Origin: Fidelibacterota bacterium | GTDB taxonomy: Bacteria; Fidelibacterota; UBA8477; JABMPR01 | DNA length: 64,000 bases | Assembly (NCBI GenBank): GCA_021734255.1 | Contig: JAIPJM010000012.1 | Coordinates: 12,291 to 76,290 of the forward strand | Direction of reading: 5' to 3' | In this document: piece after piece, positions 59,491 to 64,000 of the stretch | Position numbering within the stretch: the stretch's first letter is position 1 | How the letters are laid out: each line of letters begins with the position of its first letter | The notes under the pieces: generated by a model | Told to the model about the DNA's origin: nothing | The model's input: the letters and a program-made list of their open reading frames with translations, nothing else | Database searches by the model: none | Translations under genes and position numbers: made by a program

Positions 59491-59638
59491 TTACACCTTC
59501 ATGTAGTCATATTCTGTTTTGACACGAAATATTTGATGGCCACAACCACAAATATTCATCTGTGTTTAATCTGTGGATAAAACAGTAGTGTGGCCGAGGA
59601 GACCCGGCTCAATAAATACCGAAATCTGTTAGGTTAGC

Positions 59639-60697
59639 TTATTCGGCGAAGAATTTAGCCTGATCGACCAATTCACGATACTGGGTGACAGGGTTGATCT
59701 CAAAGGCAAGCTGGGCTTCTAAAACCGCCAGGCGCGGTTTTTCTTGAAGCAGGTAGATCTGGGCTCTCAGGGCATGACCATAGTGGTCATCGCTGTTCGT
59801 CAACAAGGCCTGATCGCATTGCTGGAGAGCGGCATCCAGCCATGACAGGCTTTCTTTCTGGGCAAGATCGATGTAAAGTTCAGCCAGGCTGTGGCGGGCC
59901 TCAGTGGCATCAGGGAAGTATTTCAAATAGGTTTTGAGGACATCAATGGCCTCCTTGCTTTCTCTTTCCCGAATCATGAAGTCTACATAAGCGTTCCAGA
60001 CCAGTTGATTCCTGGGCTCCAGTTTTACGGCCAGGGCATAGTTATCTATGATAACTTTATCCTCGACAGCTGTTTTTTCCTGGGCCATTGCCAGTACGCC
60101 GTGTGCTTCACCCTTCATGGGCTCTTCTTTGGTCAAGTCCTGGAGTAGGTCAATCGCTTTGGCATTCTCCTGAGACTTATAGTAGGTCAGGGCTTTCCCA
60201 ACGATGGCCTCATAGTTACCGGGATCGATCTCCAGGGCCTTGTCGAAATGAGCCTGGGCCTGCTCATACAGATCCTTCTCGTTCAGAATGAGCCCTAAAC
60301 TGATGCGCGCTTCTGCATCTTCGCCATTGGCTTCAACTGCCATAAGGTAATAGCGGTAGGCATTCTCATTACTGCCACTCAATTGATAGATCTCACCGAT
60401 ATATCTCAGAATCTTGGCAGAGTCCGCTTTGGCATCCAGGCCTCGTCGGCACATGTTCACTGCCTCAGTCAGGTTTTGGTCGTCGAGAAATAATTCAGCT
60501 GCAAAAAGATAGGCGTCGGTGTATTCTGGAGACGATCTCTGGATTTCCATGAGATAGTTCAATGCCTTTTGCTTGGAGCCAAGAGATGCTTCTGTCTCCG
60601 CTTTCGAAAACAGAACATCCGGGTCCTCGCTGCAAGAAAAGACAAAAACCGTAGCAATAATAGCAAGTATGAGCCAGCGTTGAAGCCCCATAATCAT
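59639..60697 (-). CDS. tetratricopeptide-repeat lipoprotein
   Basis: Signal plus lipobox (VFSCS), followed by ~8 TPR-like repeats. Confidence 0.7.
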   Translation of the reverse strand: MIMGLQRWLILAIIATVFVFSCSEDPDVLFSKAETEASLGSKQKALNYLMEIQRSSPEYTDAYLFAAELFLDDQNLTEAVNMCRRGLDAKADSAKILRYIGEIYQLSGSNENAYRYYLMAVEANGEDAEARISLGLILNEKDLYEQAQAHFDKALEIDPGNYEAIVGKALTYYKSQENAKAIDLLQDLTKEEPMKGEAHGVLAMAQEKTAVEDKVIIDNYALAVKLEPRNQLVWNAYVDFMIRERESKEAIDVLKTYLKYFPDATEARHSLAELYIDLAQKESLSWLDAALQQCDQALLTNSDDHYGHALRAQIYLLQEKPRLAVLEAQLAFEINPVTQYRELVDQAKFFAE

Positions 60698-61088
60698 TCT
60701 CCTTAAACCTCCGTTGGAAAAAATTAACAGAACTGCCAGTTACAGCAAGGTTTATTTGGCAGCTGCTCTTTCCGGATATAGGCCTCAGGCTCTGTTCAGC
60801 AGACCCTTGACTGTGTTAAGATGTGGGGTTGCTCGGCTGGATCAACCCTGCCGGCAGACGGGGAGGAGCGTGGGTGGGCGGCTCCCGGCTTTGGTCCTGG
60901 CCCCGGGAAGAGGCTCTTCATCTGCGTCAGGGTAGGCCGGGGCGGGTTTCGTGTTGGATTGTTTTGATTGCAGTCCTAAGTTCCGGCCAATCATTTACAA
61001 CGGAAACAGGGCGTCGTGATTTCATGTGGTTTCGAGTCAATTCAGAGCAGCAAAATATTTTTATGCCTAACGGCCGGCCGGGGCGAAT

Positions 61089-61952
61089 GTGAATGCCCGG
61101 GAGGCATCAAAGCACCCTTTTGCAGCCTATCAGGATTTGTTGATCCGGAAGCGATACAGCCAGAATACGCTGAAGGTATACTGCTCTTATTTTCGTGATT
61201 TTGTGCAGCACTTTGGTGTCGAGCAGATAGACCGTCTGGGCAGGGACGAAATAAATGCTTATATCCTTTGTCTGGTGCGGGAGCGTGATATTTCCCGGAG
61301 TCAGCAGAACCAGCGCATCAATGCCATCAAGTTCTATTATGAAAAGGTCTTGGGCCGGCCGAGGCAGATTTATGAGATTGACAGGCCGAGAAAGAAGGTG
61401 CGTTTGCCACAGGTTTTGTCCAAGCGTGAAATCAGATCAATACTTGGTCAAATTCAGAATCTGAAACACAGGATGATTGTCTCATTATTATATTCTGCAG
61501 GTTTACGACGTTCAGAAGTGCTCAACTTGAAAATTGCCGACATTCAATCTGAAAGATCTGTTTTACGTGTCCGCGGCGCTAAGGGCGGCAAGGACCGATA
61601 TAGCTTATTATCGGAGCAGTTGCTTACAGGGTTAAGGGAATATTATCGCAGTTATCATCCACAGGAGTATTTGTTTGAGGGTCAGGGTGGTGGCAAGTAC
61701 AGTGCGGCAAGTGTGGCAGCTGTTTTGAGGCGGGCTGGGGCAGCGGCCTTAAAAAAGCGGGTGACACCGCACATGTTAAGACACTCCTTTGCCACGCATT
61801 TACTGGAGCAGGGGACGGATTTGCGCTACATTCAGGAGTTATTGGGGCATAGCAGTTCCAAAACAACGGAGATCTACACCCATGTCAGCAATCGTAATTT
61901 AAAAAAGATCAAGAATCCCATCGATGAGATTCTTGATCCTTCGGAAAAGTAA
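61089..61952 (+). CDS. tyrosine site-specific recombinase/integrase (XerC/D-size)
   Basis: R...K...HxxR...Y catalytic pattern (LRRSEV, HMLRHSFATH, LGHSSSKTTEIYTHV). Confidence 0.85.
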   Translation: MNAREASKHPFAAYQDLLIRKRYSQNTLKVYCSYFRDFVQHFGVEQIDRLGRDEINAYILCLVRERDISRSQQNQRINAIKFYYEKVLGRPRQIYEIDRPRKKVRLPQVLSKREIRSILGQIQNLKHRMIVSLLYSAGLRRSEVLNLKIADIQSERSVLRVRGAKGGKDRYSLLSEQLLTGLREYYRSYHPQEYLFEGQGGGKYSAASVAAVLRRAGAAALKKRVTPHMLRHSFATHLLEQGTDLRYIQELLGHSSSKTTEIYTHVSNRNLKKIKNPIDEILDPSEK

Positions 61953-62094
61953 AGATACTCCTCGGATTTGGCAGAATAAATGCAATGTAGAGTGGGCCTA
62001 CAATGAAAATAAATACAATAAACATACACAGACGTTAGCCGTCACTCTAAGAAGTACACTGCAATTTGACAAATAGTTAAACCGAAAGAAGAAA

Positions 62095-63084
62095 ATGAAA
62101 ACAAAAAATAAAATAACCCGAGGGATAACTAAAGACTTTGCAGAGGCATTCAAAAAAAGTGAACTTTATAAGCTTTGGGGAGAACATAAAGATGAATTAT
62201 TTATTGGCGTGAGGAATGATTATCTGAATTTATATTACAATTGTGATAGCATTGCCAAGATTGAATACAAAAAACTAGACAAGAAAATTGATTGCGAAAT
62301 TGATAAGTATTATATAGACGGAAAACATTATAACAGCAAAGACAAAGAAAAACGATATAAAATTGAGCAGAAAGAAATCTGCAAACAATACGAAGTTATT
62401 AAAATGCACAGCAATGATAAAGCAACTCCAGAAAAAAAGGCTCAATCAAAATTAGTTCTCTTAAACAATGAAAATTCAGATTCTAATTGGTTTTGTATTG
62501 ATGTTGAATATGTAAAAGCATTTAATAATAAAGCAGAAAAAAAGGAAGCAGATTTTAATGGACGATTTGATATTATCGCACTTTCCAAAATGAAACCGCA
62601 TAAGGTTGCTTTGATAGAATTAAAATATGGCAGCGGTGCCATAGGAGGCACAAGTGGAATTTACAAACATGTTGAGGATTTTAGCAAATTTTGCGAGAAA
62701 GGTTATTTTGAGGGACAATTAAAACAAGAAATTATTGAAATAGTAAAAAGTCAGAAAGAACTTGGAATAGCAGTGCCATTTAAATCGCCCGAAGAGTTTG
62801 ATATATTAACGCCTGATTTTTACTTTATTACATTAGACAACAATGCTGAAAAAGAAAATGCAAGCACACCTAAACAAACAATGGCAGGCTACCTTTTCAA
62901 TGACAAGCGTTGGGGCTGTAAAAAATTAACAACTAAAGATTCTGTAGAGAAAATGTTTGGTGATATCACAAAGAAAGACAATAAATTTTTTGCCACATTT
63001 TTATTTTCAAAAGCAACGCTTGAAAATATTGGAATTACAGACATAATTGATGGCACTTACAATGAAAGAATTTTACCTGTATGA
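62095..63084 (+). CDS. hypothetical Lys-rich protein with PD-(D/E)xK-like nuclease motif
   Basis: 329 aa, AT-rich. GRFDIIALSK(9)VALIELKYG fits the D...(D/E)xK core. No other recognisable domain. Confidence 0.5.
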   Translation: MKTKNKITRGITKDFAEAFKKSELYKLWGEHKDELFIGVRNDYLNLYYNCDSIAKIEYKKLDKKIDCEIDKYYIDGKHYNSKDKEKRYKIEQKEICKQYEVIKMHSNDKATPEKKAQSKLVLLNNENSDSNWFCIDVEYVKAFNNKAEKKEADFNGRFDIIALSKMKPHKVALIELKYGSGAIGGTSGIYKHVEDFSKFCEKGYFEGQLKQEIIEIVKSQKELGIAVPFKSPEEFDILTPDFYFITLDNNAEKENASTPKQTMAGYLFNDKRWGCKKLTTKDSVEKMFGDITKKDNKFFATFLFSKATLENIGITDIIDGTYNERILPV

Positions 63085-64000
63085 AACTAACAATACATAG
63101 AGGAACAAATCAAATTGGAGGTTGCATAACCGAAATTGAAAGTAGCGGCTATAAGATTTTTATTGACTTTGGCGAACAGTTGCCAGGGACGGAGATTAAA
63201 GAATTGAACCCGATAGATGGATTAACTTGTGGTGACATTTCAAAAAGTGCATTATTCATAACTCACTATCACGGCGACCATATTGGAAAAATTTGCGATA
63301 CTGTTGTTGATTTACCAATATACGTTGGAAAAACTGCACTCAAAATATTTAGTTGTCTCGAAAGCAGATTATCATATATCCCAGACCCAAACGAGTCAGA
63401 AAAACATAAAAAAATTGTTGAGCGTATTAAGACAATCAACACTTTTGAGCAATTACAAAAAATAAGAATCGGAGAAATTACCGTTACACCATTATTAATT
63501 GACCATTCCGCTTTCGATGCTTATATGTTTATTATCGACGCTGATAACAAACGAATACTTCACACGGGCGATTTTCGCGGACACGGATTTAGAAGTAAAG
63601 GACTTATTCCAACGCTAAAAAGCTATGCCAAAAATATTGATTACATAATTTCGGAAGGTTCAAATATTCAACGTCCAAATGCGACAATCCAAACGGAGCA
63701 AGAATTGCAAAAAGATTTTGAATTGCAATTTAAAAACAACAAATACAACTTTGTTTTAGTTTCTTCTACTAATATTGACAGAATATTTGCACTGTACCAT
63801 GCTTCAAAAAATGCAAAACGCTGTTTTGTATGTGACAGTTATCAGACTAGTATTTTAAAAATAGTTTCCGAAAATCATAAGCAATTCACTAAATTTTACG
63901 ATATAGATTTCAACCAAACAAGAAGCCCTGTAGGTCGTTTCTTTGATTTAAAACGTCAAGGACAAAATCCATTTTCTTTCGATGGTAAATTAAAAACGTA
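63083..64000 (+). CDS. metallo-beta-lactamase-fold (beta-CASP/RNase J-like) protein, 3' end outside window
   Basis: ATG at 63083 overlaps the upstream stop (ATGA). Translation MKLTIHRGTNQIGGCITEIESSGYKIFIDFG...ALFITHYHGDHIG...LLIDHSAFDA...ILHTGDFRGHG carries MBL motifs 1-4 in an RNase J-like arrangement. Open to the window end. Confidence 0.6.

Larger units (their letters stand above)
61089..64000 (+). mobile_element. putative integrase-associated genomic islet (extends beyond window)
   Basis: An integrase is followed at ~61960 by an abrupt fall in GC (roughly 50% to 30% by eye) and two coupled AT-rich ORFs with nuclease-like motifs. The right boundary and att sites are outside the window. 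Confidence 0.45.

Noticed and set aside
60698-61088. Tried to fit a tRNA or tmRNA (integrase att site) into the GC-rich region
   Set aside because: No cloverleaf with a GGTTCGA(A/G)TCC T-arm and acceptor pairing, and no tmRNA 5' GGGG..GAUUCUGGAUUCGACGGG or 3' CCTCCACCA motifs are present. It is left as an unexplained non-coding region in the findings.
61089-64000. Integron (intI plus cassette array) interpretation of the integrase/AT-rich genes
   Set aside because: The recombinase is only 287 aa and lacks the extra IntI-specific insertion. It is co-oriented with, not divergent from, the downstream genes. No attC-like imperfect palindromes separate the ORFs.
1-64000. CRISPR arrays, rRNA genes, additional tRNAs
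   Set aside because: No regularly spaced direct repeats, no 16S/23S/5S-like conserved blocks, and only one cloverleaf (tRNA-Gln at 2905-2975) were seen on manual reading. tRNAscan-SE or Infernal would be needed to exclude small RNAs definitively.

Overview
This 64 kb window looks like chromosomal DNA from a roughly 48-50% GC bacterium, and the most promising region is an apparent integrase-associated low-GC island at its 3' end carrying an uncharacterised two-gene nuclease-like module. The host is probably in the FCB superphylum. The evidence is two CarbopepD_reg-type TonB-dependent receptors, a short 285 aa primary sigma factor, HppA, a DGGGPS-like UbiA prenyltransferase and frequent AGGAGG ribosome-binding sites.

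Most of the window is conserved housekeeping. The first 10 kb is a minus-strand block: hppA (partial), pth, rplY/ctc, prs, tRNA-Gln(TTG), ispE, a DedA protein, ispF, queA, ruvB and uvrA. After that come an alkaline-phosphatase-like lipoprotein, an ABC plus ABC-2 transporter pair, an SSF symporter, aroQ, acpH and a TonB-dependent receptor. Further along are rpoD-rpsU, an M61 peptidase, sod, prmC, an NMO-family enzyme and dnaE. The second half carries dtd, cvfB, an HD-GYP/GAF protein, a PIN-PhoH2 protein, ogt, arsC, lrp-hom-metB, an AmiC-type amidase, an APC permease and a saccharopine-dehydrogenase-like enzyme. There are no rRNA genes and no CRISPR array.

Parts worth a second look:
- **Integrase island (61089 to the window end).** A XerC/D-size tyrosine recombinase, preceded by an unusual ~390 bp GC-rich non-coding stretch, is followed by an abrupt drop to roughly 30% GC. 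The low-GC part carries two translationally coupled genes: a protein with a D...ELK (PD-(D/E)xK-like) motif and a beta-CASP/RNase-J-like metallo-beta-lactamase-fold protein that runs off the window. This is a candidate for an undescribed mobile defence or nuclease module.
- **ATP-grasp plus transglutaminase-like operon** (50424-53127).
- **A MITE-like inverted-repeat element family** sharing a GTCATCCTGAG core, found at three intergenic sites.
- **A DGGGPS/ChlG-like UbiA prenyltransferase**, a possible archaeal-type ether-lipid gene.
- **Smaller items:** TGTTAGA direct repeats upstream of an XRE-membrane operon, a possibly structured intergenic RNA between uvrA and the phosphatase gene, and a low-GC GxxExxY gene islet.
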